DNA of 60,683 bases, counting the filler. It is 4 parts of 4 records of this genome, joined end to end, with 100 filler letters (N's around TTAATTAATTAA, not from the genome) between each part and the next. Parts side by side here need not be neighbours in the genome. Positions count along the whole stretch, not along the records: positions 34,650 to 60,683 come from SRR31156797_16428; 3 more parts are not named here. One strand, written 5' to 3'. Made by a program: the position numbers and the translations under genes. The stretch's first letter is position 1. Every line of letters starts with the position of its first letter. This document shows, in pieces, positions 48,633-59,172 of this stretch. Below the pieces are notes generated by a model that had not been told where the DNA came from, made no database searches, and saw nothing but the letters and a program-made list of their open reading frames with translations.

Positions 48633-51600
48633 ATGAGCGAAACAGACAAAATAAACTATCTGAATTTTACGGGTTGTAATCAGCAAGGAAGGTATTCAAG
48701 AGCTTTGAATCCTGAATATGTGAAAATCGATGAGCGAAGTTTTACCGATAATTTGGTCTATTCTCTTGGCTTGTCAAAACTACTAAGTTATTACAACCTC
48801 CAGAACAAACCAGATGGAGACTGGTCTGAATTTTTAACGGATGAAGCAGTGATTTTGGCGGCTATTTCATCTATAAAACCGACTGAATTTGAAGATAAAT
48901 TCAAGAAAAATGTGTACAAAGCTATTTCTTTCAATAAGCCGGATAAAAAGTTGAAATACTTACGAGTTTGTTTCGAAGAAATATTCAAAGTGGCAAAGAA
49001 AATTGACACCTGGTATCAGCAATTAAAAAACGTAGAAGATTTTCAACAATCTGAGCTTCAGATTAGAAATGAAATTTCAAATGTCGTAGACACAAAGTTG
49101 AGAAGTGGGTTTCAAAAGTTTTTCTCTTTTGTTTTAGCTGCAGGTGATAAAAAGACAATCGGTTCTTCCTTTAATTTTGATTTTGAATCATTTAGTTTTA
49201 TTTGGGAACTAAATAAAGTTGAATCATCTGTAGCCATATATACAGGAGAGACATTGCAAGAACGAATTAATTCTGCAGCTGAAGCATTACAAAATATTTT
49301 CCAGTTCTTTTATGAATCGGTTATTTATTTAAAGCAAAAGGCACAAACAAATCTTGATTTTTCTTTGAATCAGGATAATCATTATCCAGAGGTTGCACTT
49401 TTACTTACTTTTCTTAAACTTTATGAATATCCCCAGGCTAATATTAATAAGCTGACAGGGCGTTATCTTGATTATTATTACAGAAAAGTGCTAAAGCAGT
49501 CAGAGAGAAGTGCAGTAAATGATAAAGCCTACTTAACATTTGTTTTGGATAAAGAAGCTTCGGAGGCAGTTGTTCCAAAAGGTGCCCAATTTATTGCCGG
49601 TACAGATTCTGAAGGAAAGAATGTATTTTATGAGACTAATGAAGAGATTGTTTTGAATAAAGCCAAACTTGCTAAAATGGACAATCTCTATGTAGCGCGT
49701 AAATCTTTAAATCTCGATGGTGAAAAAGTAGAGCGGGTAAGTAATTTATACAAATCAGCTATTCCTGTAATTGATTGGGCAGAGAAACCGACTTTAAGCA
49801 AGCGTATGTCATATCCAACATTTGGAGAAGATCAGAAGGGTTTGGGAGATTATGATCTGACAATGGAATATGCTCGACTGGGAATGGCTATTTCCTCGCC
49901 GGCGTTATTGCTCTCTGAAGGTAAGCGAGAGTTAACCATACGAATTCAACTGAAAGAAGAAGCTTTTAATACACTAGAAACACAAATAAAAAATGTTGCA
50001 AAAGAACTGGTCTGTTCTTTTAAAGAAGCCATTGCTAAAAGCTTACTTGATTCTCTTGTAATATCATTAACCTCGGAAGAAGGTTGGTTGCATGTGAAAA
50101 ATAATATTGTAACTATTGAAAAGGGGACGAATAGTCTGTTAATCAAGTTTGATGTTGATCCGGATAAACCTGCAATTATTCCATTTGATAAGAAGATACA
50201 CGGATATGAGCTAGGATCAGATTTTCCGGTTATGAGGTTAATCTTGAATAATGAGAGCTATATCTACCCTTATTCTTTGCTAAATGATATTGAGGTCGAT
50301 CAAATTATTATCCATACAAGGGTGTTGGGCGTGAAGAATTTGCAACTGCACAATAATGTAGGAGCAGTTAATGCAAATGCACCGTTTTTTCCATTTGGTC
50401 CTGTTCCTAAAATTGGGTCGTTTTTAGTGATTGGGAACAATGAGATTTTTCAAAAACAACTAGAGGATATAAAAATAAATTTAGAGTGGTTTGAATTGCC
50501 TCAAGATCCTAATGGATTTAAAGATTATTACAAAGATTATAAATTGAATGTTGATAATACTTCATATGAGGTATCGGTGAGTGTGCTTGATGGGGGTAAA
50601 TGGGTTCCGGAACAACCGGATGAAAAGCAGAAACTAAATTTATTTCGTACTGCTGACAACCCCCAAAATATGGTACCTTCAAAGACGCATCGGTTGTTTA
50701 ACGAAACACGATTCAATAATATTGATATGGACCTTGTTCGTCTGGCTCCAAACTTTAAGTCGGTCAAAGAAAAATCTCAATATAATTCATTATCGAAACG
50801 GGGTTTTCTTAAGCTAGAATTGACAAGTCCTGTACGTGCATTTGGTCATGATGTTTATCCAGCAATAGTTTCAGATATTACTTTGGAGAATTCTAAATCG
50901 GGTTTTTTAAAAGGAAAAACGAAGAAAGATTTGCCTCGATCTGCTTTTACTCCGCAAATTCGAAGTATCTCAGTCGATTATGAAAGCATTTCAGTGATTT
51001 CAATGAAAGAGAACTTTGCTAATGAAGAGAATACTACTTCAGGTCAACTTTTTCATTTGCATCCCTATGGTATTACAAGGGTTTTTCCTAATAAATCTGT
51101 TAAGCAGATCAATATCATTCCTTCATACAATGTTCAGGGAGAGCTTTATCTTGGTTTAAAAGATGTCAACCCACCTCAACAAGTATCTATGTTATTTGAA
51201 ATGTTGGATGAGTTTAATATTTCTTCAGAAGAAGAACCACCTGTATTGGAATGGTCATATTTAGCAAATAACAAGTGGACCATGTTGAAACCTTCAAATA
51301 TATTGAGAGACAATACTAATAATTTCCTTAAAACAGGAATTGTAATTATTAATTTACCTGATGCTATTAACCAGAATAATACAATTCTTAGTGATGAATA
51401 TGTATGGTTGAAAGTAAGTGTGAAAAATAATATTGAAGTTGCCTCACGAAATTTAAGTGCTGCATCGCAGGTTGCAACGGTTTCGCTAGTTGGAAATGAT
51501 AAATTGCATAAGTCTGGGTATTTGGATAAATCAATCCCTAGGTATAAAATTCAGCGATCGGTTAAAAGTATTAAAGGCGTTCGTTCTGTTATTCAACCTT

Positions 51601-52376
51601 TGCCATCTTTTGGCGGTATTTCTTATGAAAAGGAACAGGAGTTTCAGGCCCGCACAGGTGAGCGCTTAAAGCATAGAAATAGAGCTATTACTGCATGGGA
51701 TTTTGAGCGATTGATTCTTGATAAATACAAACAAATTGAAAAGGTTGTTTGCTTGCCAAACATGACAAGTAATAGTTTGGATGCTCCCGGGAATGTGTTG
51801 CTGGTTGTAAGTCCATTTTCAGATACAGTACTAAATTCAAAAGAGCCAAAAGCAAGCAGCGAATTGTTGTTTGACATTAAATCGTTTATTCAAAAACATG
51901 CTTCTCCATTTGCCCGCATTGAAGTTCGGAATCCTAGTTATGAGCGAATTAGAATTATATGCTCTGTTCAGTTTTCCGGTAAACATAATCATGGATTTTA
52001 CATACAGAAATTGAATGAACACATTAATGAATATTTGTCTGGCAATATTGGTTCGGCTTCTTTAGGGTCACAGATGGATAAAGTGATTTATTGCTCAGAT
52101 GTGATTACTTATTTGCGCACGTTGCCTTACGTGGAGTATATCACAAAATTTTCAATGGTTCAAGCTGCCAGAAATATAACAGGGAATTACGAATTAATCG
52201 ATACGGCAGAAGAAGGACAGGGAAAAGGTGGTTTACAAGCAACTAAGCCCTGGTCGGTTTTGGTTCCGGCTGATCAGCATCAATTTACGATATTATCTAA
52301 TAAACACGATGAGGATTCCACACAAGCGGGTATCGATTATCTGGAATTAGGAAATGATTTCATAATAAAAGAATAG
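48633..52376 (+). CDS. CIS baseplate J-like protein (Afp11), 1247 aa
   Basis: KIDERS, PEVALLLTFLKL, LDYYYRKVL, PFGPVP, ERLKHRNRAITAWDFERL. Confidence 0.9.
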   Translation: MSETDKINYLNFTGCNQQGRYSRALNPEYVKIDERSFTDNLVYSLGLSKLLSYYNLQNKPDGDWSEFLTDEAVILAAISSIKPTEFEDKFKKNVYKAISFNKPDKKLKYLRVCFEEIFKVAKKIDTWYQQLKNVEDFQQSELQIRNEISNVVDTKLRSGFQKFFSFVLAAGDKKTIGSSFNFDFESFSFIWELNKVESSVAIYTGETLQERINSAAEALQNIFQFFYESVIYLKQKAQTNLDFSLNQDNHYPEVALLLTFLKLYEYPQANINKLTGRYLDYYYRKVLKQSERSAVNDKAYLTFVLDKEASEAVVPKGAQFIAGTDSEGKNVFYETNEEIVLNKAKLAKMDNLYVARKSLNLDGEKVERVSNLYKSAIPVIDWAEKPTLSKRMSYPTFGEDQKGLGDYDLTMEYARLGMAISSPALLLSEGKRELTIRIQLKEEAFNTLETQIKNVAKELVCSFKEAIAKSLLDSLVISLTSEEGWLHVKNNIVTIEKGTNSLLIKFDVDPDKPAIIPFDKKIHGYELGSDFPVMRLILNNESYIYPYSLLNDIEVDQIIIHTRVLGVKNLQLHNNVGAVNANAPFFPFGPVPKIGSFLVIGNNEIFQKQLEDIKINLEWFELPQDPNGFKDYYKDYKLNVDNTSYEVSVSVLDGGKWVPEQPDEKQKLNLFRTADNPQNMVPSKTHRLFNETRFNNIDMDLVRLAPNFKSVKEKSQYNSLSKRGFLKLELTSPVRAFGHDVYPAIVSDITLENSKSGFLKGKTKKDLPRSAFTPQIRSISVDYESISVISMKENFANEENTTSGQLFHLHPYGITRVFPNKSVKQINIIPSYNVQGELYLGLKDVNPPQQVSMLFEMLDEFNISSEEEPPVLEWSYLANNKWTMLKPSNILRDNTNNFLKTGIVIINLPDAINQNNTILSDEYVWLKVSVKNNIEVASRNLSAASQVATVSLVGNDKLHKSGYLDKSIPRYKIQRSVKSIKGVRSVIQPLPSFGGISYEKEQEFQARTGERLKHRNRAITAWDFERLILDKYKQIEKVVCLPNMTSNSLDAPGNVLLVVSPFSDTVLNSKEPKASSELLFDIKSFIQKHASPFARIEVRNPSYERIRIICSVQFSGKHNHGFYIQKLNEHINEYLSGNIGSASLGSQMDKVIYCSDVITYLRTLPYVEYITKFSMVQAARNITGNYELIDTAEEGQGKGGLQATKPWSVLVPADQHQFTILSNKHDEDSTQAGIDYLELGNDFIIKE

Positions 52377-52405
52377 AAAACAGGAATTTAAACAGATATA
52401 CACAT

Positions 52406-53155
52406 ATGCCACTACAAAACAGGGAAAGTTTAAAAGGTTATTTCAGGAAAGGACAGTTGCCATCAGAAGGTCATTTCCATGATTTAATTGATTCAACCAT
52501 TAATAAGGTTGATGATGGTATGTCAAAAACAATGGAGGATGGCTTAATGCTGGCTCCAATTGGCGAATCACGTAAGCTAATTAGTTTTTTTAAAAGTATT
52601 GAAGATAAAAGTCCGGTCTGGCGAATGGAGGTGGATGAGAATGATGCCGATTTACATTTTTCTAACAAGGTTGGTGATGAGATATTAAGTATTACTGATA
52701 CCGGAAAAGTTGGGATCAATAATCAACAACCGGATGCTAATTTAGATGTGAATGGATATGTAGCCATGTCGGGTCGTGAAGGTAATGCTTTTAGAGGAAA
52801 GGTCCCCGCAAATGGGAAATGGCACAAAATTGCAACGGAGCTGAATGGTTGCCAAATGTTTGAAGTTGTAGCAGGTGTGGGGAAGAAGAAAACCGGAAAA
52901 TATGCTTTGCTTCATGCCATTGCCATGAGCGCGTTTGGCAAGTCAAAATGTAAGATTAAAAAAACACAAGCCAGATATGGAATTCGTGGAAATAGAATGA
53001 AGTTGCGTTGGACAGGGAGTACATATAAATTTAATCTTGAAATCAGAACCCGTTCAAACTATGGGGATGATGTAGCGATCAATTATCATATACAAAAACT
53101 GTGGCACGACCAATTTATGGATAATTGTGTACTTGAAGTAAAGGAAGACAAGTAG
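52406..53155 (+). CDS. Short CIS tail-fibre/adhesin-like protein (Afp13-type N-terminus)
   Basis: NRESLKGYFRKGQLPSEGHFHDLIDSTINKVDDG attachment motif; GKVGIN...LDVNG fibre repeat. Confidence 0.7.
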   Translation: MPLQNRESLKGYFRKGQLPSEGHFHDLIDSTINKVDDGMSKTMEDGLMLAPIGESRKLISFFKSIEDKSPVWRMEVDENDADLHFSNKVGDEILSITDTGKVGINNQQPDANLDVNGYVAMSGREGNAFRGKVPANGKWHKIATELNGCQMFEVVAGVGKKKTGKYALLHAIAMSAFGKSKCKIKKTQARYGIRGNRMKLRWTGSTYKFNLEIRTRSNYGDDVAINYHIQKLWHDQFMDNCVLEVKEDK

Positions 53156-53173
53156 TATATTTTAAACAAGTTT

Positions 53174-56047
53174 ATGAATCAGCCAGGATTTTTAGATAGG
53201 AAAAAGCAGGTCGATCCTGCTTTGGACTTTAATTTTCTACGTAAAGAAGGTATAAGTATCATACAGGAATTGACAGGCTCGTTTTGGACAGATTTTAACC
53301 TGCACGATCCCGGTGTCACAATTCTTGAACAGTTGTGTTATGCATTGACTGAATTGTCTTTCCGAACTGATTATGATATTGAACAGTTGTTGTTTAAAGA
53401 AGGGAAATCTGATTTGCCTTTTTATAAGCCAGAAGATATTCTTACTAATAATCCGCTAACAACCAGCGATTTAAGGAAGATATTTTTAGACGAAATTCCA
53501 GAACTTAAAAATATATGGTTTGAACCGGTTATGCACCACGATGCAGGTTTTAATGGACTTTATCGCATATTGGTTGATACTAGTTTGATTAATGCTTCAA
53601 ATGAGGAAGAAGAACAGGTCAAACAAAAAATTGAGCTTATTTACAGTAAGTATCGGAACGTTTGTGAGGATATTTTTGAGATTAAAATTTTAGAACAACT
53701 GCCTATTACCATTTGTGGTGAGATTGAGACCGACGGCTTAGTAGAATTAGCTGAAATTATGGCCAATATCTATTTTATAGTAGAGCAAAACATAAATCCT
53801 GAGGTACAATTTCATGCATTGTCGGAGCTTATCGAAAAAGGTAAAAAGTATCATGAGATTTTTGATGGCCCAAAACTAAATCATGGATTTATTTTAAGTG
53901 AAGAATTGATAGATCAACCGGACAGCATTGTAGTATCAGATGTAGTAAAGTTGATTATGCAAGTTGATGGTGTGGTGAGCGTGAAAAACCTTCATTTGGA
54001 GTGGGATGGCCAGCAGTATTATAATCAATTGAATATTCCAAAAGGCAAAATCCCAAAGTTTATCCATAGTGAGTTAGTATCTGATGCAGAGAGTTATACC
54101 ATCAAATTCTATAAGGGAAATTTGGTTTACAACGGGTTTAAATCTGATGCATTTCGTAAGTATTTAAATGAATTGGTTTCAGGCCATAAAAAATCATACC
54201 GTGTAAGCGGTTCAACATTTGAAACACCTGATATTCAGCAAGGCCTTAACTTCGAAGAATACTTTTCTATTCAAAATCATTTCCCCGCTATTTATGGTGT
54301 TGGAGAGGAGGGTTTGCCTAATAAACCTACAGTTGAAAGGAAAGCAAAGGCCAATCAGTTGAAAGGCTATTTGATGATTTTTGAGCAGTTTTTGGCCAAT
54401 TATCTTTCGCAGCTGGCTCACTTTAAAGAATTGCTCTCCATTCATAAGCGTTTGAATAATACTTATTTTATTCAGCATCTGGATAATGTACCCAATGCAG
54501 ATCAATTTTATATTGATGAGGAATCTACAATTAAGGATGCTTATCTTGAATTGGAAGATGTGCCCCAAAAGTATAAAGAAGGATTAAAACTTTTGAATAA
54601 GCACTTTGATGATTTTATTGATCGAAAAAATAGAATGCTTGATTTCTTGTTAGCTGTTCATGGTGAGTCATTTACAAAATATTCGCTAACTCAGTTCAAC
54701 TATTACTTTGGAGATACAGATTTTAAACGCTTTCAAATTATATGTAAATCAGCACTGTTGCAGCAATTGGCTAATGTTAATTATAATCGGGCTTCAGGTA
54801 TTGACTATTTTGCTGATGCAATTGAAGGTACTGGTCTTGAAACCAGGCTGCGCATAGTTTTGGGGCTGGGGTTGGAAGAGAATGAGGATGGAAGAATAAT
54901 TGTAAATCAGGGTAAAAGTGTCTTTGATAGCCTAAAAAAATATAAGCTTAAACTATTGGCAGCAGACTCTCGTTCAGCAGCCATGAAAAAGTGGCTATCA
55001 GAAAGCAATTTAGAACTGATTAACCTTAAGCAAGAACAGGTTGATAATCAGTTTGATTATATCGATGATGAAGACCTTGATAAAATTGAAAATCCTGATA
55101 AAGCATTACTGGATTTGACATTGCCATACCGCATCGGATATTTGACTACTGATTTTTTAGTTACCGGTATTGATCTTATGAATTATAAGGCTGGTCCTAT
55201 ATCAGATAATAAAGCAGAAATGGCACTAATTCATCAAAATAATGAAAAGGAGCCCTGGAAATTGATTGGTATATTTAAATCAGAGCAAGAATTATTACAA
55301 GCATTAAAGCTTTTACATAAAATGCTTGTACAAATCAATATGGATACCGAACAGGTGCATTTAGTGGAGCATGTGATGCTGCGTCCTAACTCAGATGAGC
55401 TTAAATATGGTATTTACATAAAAGATGAGCATGGTAAGTACTTGCTAAAAAGTAAGAAACAGTATGCATTGGGCGAACGCGAGGAGGTATTGGGAAAACT
55501 GGCCGGAGGTTTCTCTGATTACAATAATTTCACTGTTACAGCAGATGAAAACCGCGATATGAATATTATTTTTAAAGTGCCTGATTCGGACCTTGAGTTT
55601 ACAAGTATTCAACCAAATATATCTGTGGAGGAGACGCATACACAAATGGAAAATCTTCATCGATTCCTTGCAGATAAAGATAAAGAAACACCATATCAGG
55701 ATAAAACCGGGTTTTATATTCAATACGGCGAGGGTGACCGGGATATTCCGGATACTTATTATACATATAAAGTCAGTTTGGTTTTTCCTTCCTGGACAGC
55801 ACGATTTAGCAATAAAGAGTTTCGTTCAATTGTCCGTGATGTGGTGTGGGAACAAAAACCGGCAATGGTTTACCCTGATCTACATTGGTTGTCACCAAAT
55901 GAAATGAAAACTTTCGAGAAGCTTCAACATAAATGTATTTCTTCTCGAAAGAAGAAAGGTGAGATTAGGGATAAAAACCAGTTTTCAAAAGAAAATGGTA
56001 GTGCTGACCTTGCTAATTTTCTATATGAAAAGTATAAAGACAGCTAA
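53174..56047 (+). CDS. CIS baseplate protein (Afp12-like), 957 aa
   Basis: LRKEG, WTDFNLHDPGVTILEQLCYALTEL, RNVCED, SIQNHFPAIYGVG, QLKGYL, HLVEHVMLRP. Confidence 0.9.
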   Translation: MNQPGFLDRKKQVDPALDFNFLRKEGISIIQELTGSFWTDFNLHDPGVTILEQLCYALTELSFRTDYDIEQLLFKEGKSDLPFYKPEDILTNNPLTTSDLRKIFLDEIPELKNIWFEPVMHHDAGFNGLYRILVDTSLINASNEEEEQVKQKIELIYSKYRNVCEDIFEIKILEQLPITICGEIETDGLVELAEIMANIYFIVEQNINPEVQFHALSELIEKGKKYHEIFDGPKLNHGFILSEELIDQPDSIVVSDVVKLIMQVDGVVSVKNLHLEWDGQQYYNQLNIPKGKIPKFIHSELVSDAESYTIKFYKGNLVYNGFKSDAFRKYLNELVSGHKKSYRVSGSTFETPDIQQGLNFEEYFSIQNHFPAIYGVGEEGLPNKPTVERKAKANQLKGYLMIFEQFLANYLSQLAHFKELLSIHKRLNNTYFIQHLDNVPNADQFYIDEESTIKDAYLELEDVPQKYKEGLKLLNKHFDDFIDRKNRMLDFLLAVHGESFTKYSLTQFNYYFGDTDFKRFQIICKSALLQQLANVNYNRASGIDYFADAIEGTGLETRLRIVLGLGLEENEDGRIIVNQGKSVFDSLKKYKLKLLAADSRSAAMKKWLSESNLELINLKQEQVDNQFDYIDDEDLDKIENPDKALLDLTLPYRIGYLTTDFLVTGIDLMNYKAGPISDNKAEMALIHQNNEKEPWKLIGIFKSEQELLQALKLLHKMLVQINMDTEQVHLVEHVMLRPNSDELKYGIYIKDEHGKYLLKSKKQYALGEREEVLGKLAGGFSDYNNFTVTADENRDMNIIFKVPDSDLEFTSIQPNISVEETHTQMENLHRFLADKDKETPYQDKTGFYIQYGEGDRDIPDTYYTYKVSLVFPSWTARFSNKEFRSIVRDVVWEQKPAMVYPDLHWLSPNEMKTFEKLQHKCISSRKKKGEIRDKNQFSKENGSADLANFLYEKYKDS

Positions 56048-56058
56048 TTTTATTTGAA

Positions 56059-59000
56059 ATGGTTAAGCATTCCCTCCATACCATTGAACGTTTTGCCTTA
56101 GATGTAAATTATTATGAGGTAGAATCTGCCAAAAGAGCCCAATCAAGTATATCTGCATTGGCTTCTAATCAATTGTCAGCTGCCTTTGAAAAGGTTTGTG
56201 ATAAATACGGTGAAGAAGTAATATTCAAATTGCGCCGCATCCAAATGGATTTGGGAGATATACCTGAAGATATTTTGGAAAGTGAATTGATTTTACGTTT
56301 TGAGAATAAGTTGTCTAAAACACTGGAAGCGCTGAAAAGAGGAGAGTACATGCTAAGCGGTGTGGAAGGTTTTGAATTAAAGCAAATAGACGAAAGTCTT
56401 ATCGAAGGATTAATCCATTTTTTGAATTATGGTACTTTGCCCTATTACGTAGAGCAAAATTTTGGAAATGAATCTATTAAGGAGCTTTTTACTAAGATAG
56501 AAAAGTCAAAGATCCCTGTTTTCCGTAAAGAACTGCGCAACTCAATTACTTCACTGATGGCCCAAAGGAGAATAGCTCATCTATTCCCTGGTGATGAGTT
56601 GTTGCAGTTCTTTCTTTTTATGTTACCAAAAGATCAGGCTGAGGCATTAGGGAGCATTTTTAATGATTTTGTTACGCTGGTTGAACTAGCTCCTGATACA
56701 TTCATTAAGCGGGATTTGATGATTGTTTGTCGTGAATTTTTTGTGAGGGAAGTGTTAAATAGTTCTCAAAACTTTATGTCAATTAGTTCATCACAATTAT
56801 TGGGCGATTTAATGGCATATCTTGAGAATGATAAAAATATTCTCCCCGAAAAATGGATCCCCGAAATAATGATTCAAAAAAATGCTCAAGGAAATTTAAA
56901 TGGAAGCTTAGATAAGCTAATAACAAAAACTAGTGACTACTATGTAAAATATCTTAAGGGATCGAAGTCTTCTAAATACTTGCGATTCGGAAATGATATT
57001 TTTCAAAAACAAAACCAGGTTATGGAAATGAAAGAATTGGCAGAAAAAGAGACTGTGCAAGTTAAGTCTCAATTAAATAAATTCGTAAAGGACCTTGTTG
57101 AGCAAGTGAAGCATTTTTATAAAACTGTAGAAGAAGAAAGAATTGAGACTGTAATACTTGGAATTGCAGATGAAATTTTGCCATCTAAAAATATTAATGC
57201 ACAAAACTTTGAATATTGGGCAGAGGCCATAAGCAGCGAAGTAAAAAGGTTGTTTGGTGTATCCCTTGAAACACAATATTATAAATCGTCCAACGAAACA
57301 AAGTTTACCGATGCAGTTGGTAATTTAACCAGGAAAAGTTCAGATGTAAATAGCTCTGTGGCTCTGGCATATTGGGCAATGTTTTTGGCAGCTGGAATTA
57401 CACCTTTTAAACGATTGTATGTTGAGCCAAAATCTAAGCTGGTAACAATCTTTTCTGATCTAATAAATAATGAACCCGAATCTGCAGCATGGCAATTGAA
57501 ACAACAAGTGAATGATCAGAATGTAATGATTATTGCATGGTGGTTTAAAGAATCACTTGGAGAAGAATTATTTAGGTTTTATAAATCAAATGTAAGCTAT
57601 AACTTATCATCCAGGTTAGAAAACGATTTTAGCTACGCTTCGGTTTTAGTGAGCGTATTTTTTGCTACAGGTAATTTTCCTTGGCCCGAATTAAATAATC
57701 ATGGACAGGCCGAGCTAATTCAATTTGTGAATGAGTTTATATCTGATTCAGATAATTACTTGTTGGAGCAAATTGCATTGGAATATAATCTTTTTGACAA
57801 TGTGGAGAAATTAGAAAAAGTCCTCTCAATGATTGTAATTGAGGCTGCTAAAAAGTTGATTCAGATCCGGAAGAACTTGATTGAAAAAGGACTAATTGAT
57901 TCAACTGTTTTTAATAAACATGAATCCTTAGGGCATGCTGTTATAGATAAAAAACATAAACTAAATAATTTGTCTAAGCCTGATATAGCAGAAAATGATA
58001 CCTCATTAGAATTAGAAGATAGTAAATCACAAAATTTAAATGGTAAAGAAACGAAGCAGGATAAATTTGAGCATACGAAAAAAGATGCTGATGGGGATGT
58101 GAATGTTTCTTTTACTCATGACGAAGCTGAAAATGGAGAAGAAATAAAGGATAACATAAAGTCGGAGTTGAGTCAGGATGTGCCAAATGCAGAAGTACTG
58201 ATTAAGCAAGAATACGAACGTTGGATGAATCTGAGTACAAGTAAGATTTTAGATGAAATTGCCTATGATATATTGCACTTTATGGGCGCTTCTTTTTACG
58301 ATGTGTTACCAATTCAAAATAGGGCGGATTTAATTTTTAGAAAAATTTCCGTATCTGCTGGGATGTCCTATTATCAAACAGCTGCGCTTTTGGTTGACTT
58401 GCCCAGAAGAGAGATGACAAAACTACTTGAGTGGTTTGATATAGAGCAGCGAGACTATATTAAAAAATTGGTAAAAAGCTATCGTTCGCGATTTGTAAGC
58501 ATGGCTGAAGATATTCGGAGATCAGAAGAAGAAGCACTGGAAGAAGCTCCACTAAATTTGAATGAGGATCAGACTTTGTTTGTCAAAAACGCAGGAATGG
58601 TGCTATTGAATCCATATTTGGTGCGACTTTTTAAACGATTTGATTTGGTCGAGGGTAAGAATTTCAAAGATACTGCTGCAAAAGAAAAGGGTGTGTATTT
58701 GCTTCAATATTTGACAAGTAAAAGTACAGAGCCTGAAGAGTTTGAGCTGTCATTGAATAAAATATTATGCGGAATTCCATTGGGATTACCATTAAAAACG
58801 GAAGTAAATCTATCAGAAGAGGAAAAAGAGATATGTGACGAATTATTAGACGCAATGATAAAAAATTGGGGAGTATTAAAAAATACCAGTGCAGATGGCT
58901 TGCGCACCTCATTTTTGATGAGAGATGGCGTTCTGCGCAAAGAAGCCACAGGATGGAAACTACAAATTGAGAAAAAGGTATATGACATTCTATTGGAGAA

Positions 59001-59076
59001 ATTACCATGGGGTTACAGTATGATTCAATTGCCATGGATGGAATTACCATTATACACCGAATGGGAAACAAAATGA
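56059..59076 (+). CDS. CIS tape-measure protein (Afp14-like), 1005 aa
   Basis: N-terminal IQMDLGDI and FLNYGTLP; C-terminal NAGMVLLNPYL, LNKILCG, NTSADGLRTSFLMRDG, DILLEKLPW. Confidence 0.88.
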   Translation: MVKHSLHTIERFALDVNYYEVESAKRAQSSISALASNQLSAAFEKVCDKYGEEVIFKLRRIQMDLGDIPEDILESELILRFENKLSKTLEALKRGEYMLSGVEGFELKQIDESLIEGLIHFLNYGTLPYYVEQNFGNESIKELFTKIEKSKIPVFRKELRNSITSLMAQRRIAHLFPGDELLQFFLFMLPKDQAEALGSIFNDFVTLVELAPDTFIKRDLMIVCREFFVREVLNSSQNFMSISSSQLLGDLMAYLENDKNILPEKWIPEIMIQKNAQGNLNGSLDKLITKTSDYYVKYLKGSKSSKYLRFGNDIFQKQNQVMEMKELAEKETVQVKSQLNKFVKDLVEQVKHFYKTVEEERIETVILGIADEILPSKNINAQNFEYWAEAISSEVKRLFGVSLETQYYKSSNETKFTDAVGNLTRKSSDVNSSVALAYWAMFLAAGITPFKRLYVEPKSKLVTIFSDLINNEPESAAWQLKQQVNDQNVMIIAWWFKESLGEELFRFYKSNVSYNLSSRLENDFSYASVLVSVFFATGNFPWPELNNHGQAELIQFVNEFISDSDNYLLEQIALEYNLFDNVEKLEKVLSMIVIEAAKKLIQIRKNLIEKGLIDSTVFNKHESLGHAVIDKKHKLNNLSKPDIAENDTSLELEDSKSQNLNGKETKQDKFEHTKKDADGDVNVSFTHDEAENGEEIKDNIKSELSQDVPNAEVLIKQEYERWMNLSTSKILDEIAYDILHFMGASFYDVLPIQNRADLIFRKISVSAGMSYYQTAALLVDLPRREMTKLLEWFDIEQRDYIKKLVKSYRSRFVSMAEDIRRSEEEALEEAPLNLNEDQTLFVKNAGMVLLNPYLVRLFKRFDLVEGKNFKDTAAKEKGVYLLQYLTSKSTEPEEFELSLNKILCGIPLGLPLKTEVNLSEEEKEICDELLDAMIKNWGVLKNTSADGLRTSFLMRDGVLRKEATGWKLQIEKKVYDILLEKLPWGYSMIQLPWMELPLYTEWETK

Positions 59077-59172
59077 TTGATAATAATATTGGAAATGCTA
59101 CGCAGAAACGCACGATCGTACGTATCGTAAATAAAAGCAATTCCTGTATGAAATTTTATAATAAATAAAGTA

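Noticed and set aside
40843-59076. Prophage or canonical T6SS (including Bacteroidota T6SS-iii)
   Set aside because: No capsid, terminase, portal or integrase, and no TssB/C/K/N/O/P or ClpV; the genes match the Afp/PVC-type inventory.
59112-59128. Overlapping palindromic hexamers (CGATCG, CGTACG, TACGTA) after the tape measure
   Set aside because: Too short and single-copy to support a function.
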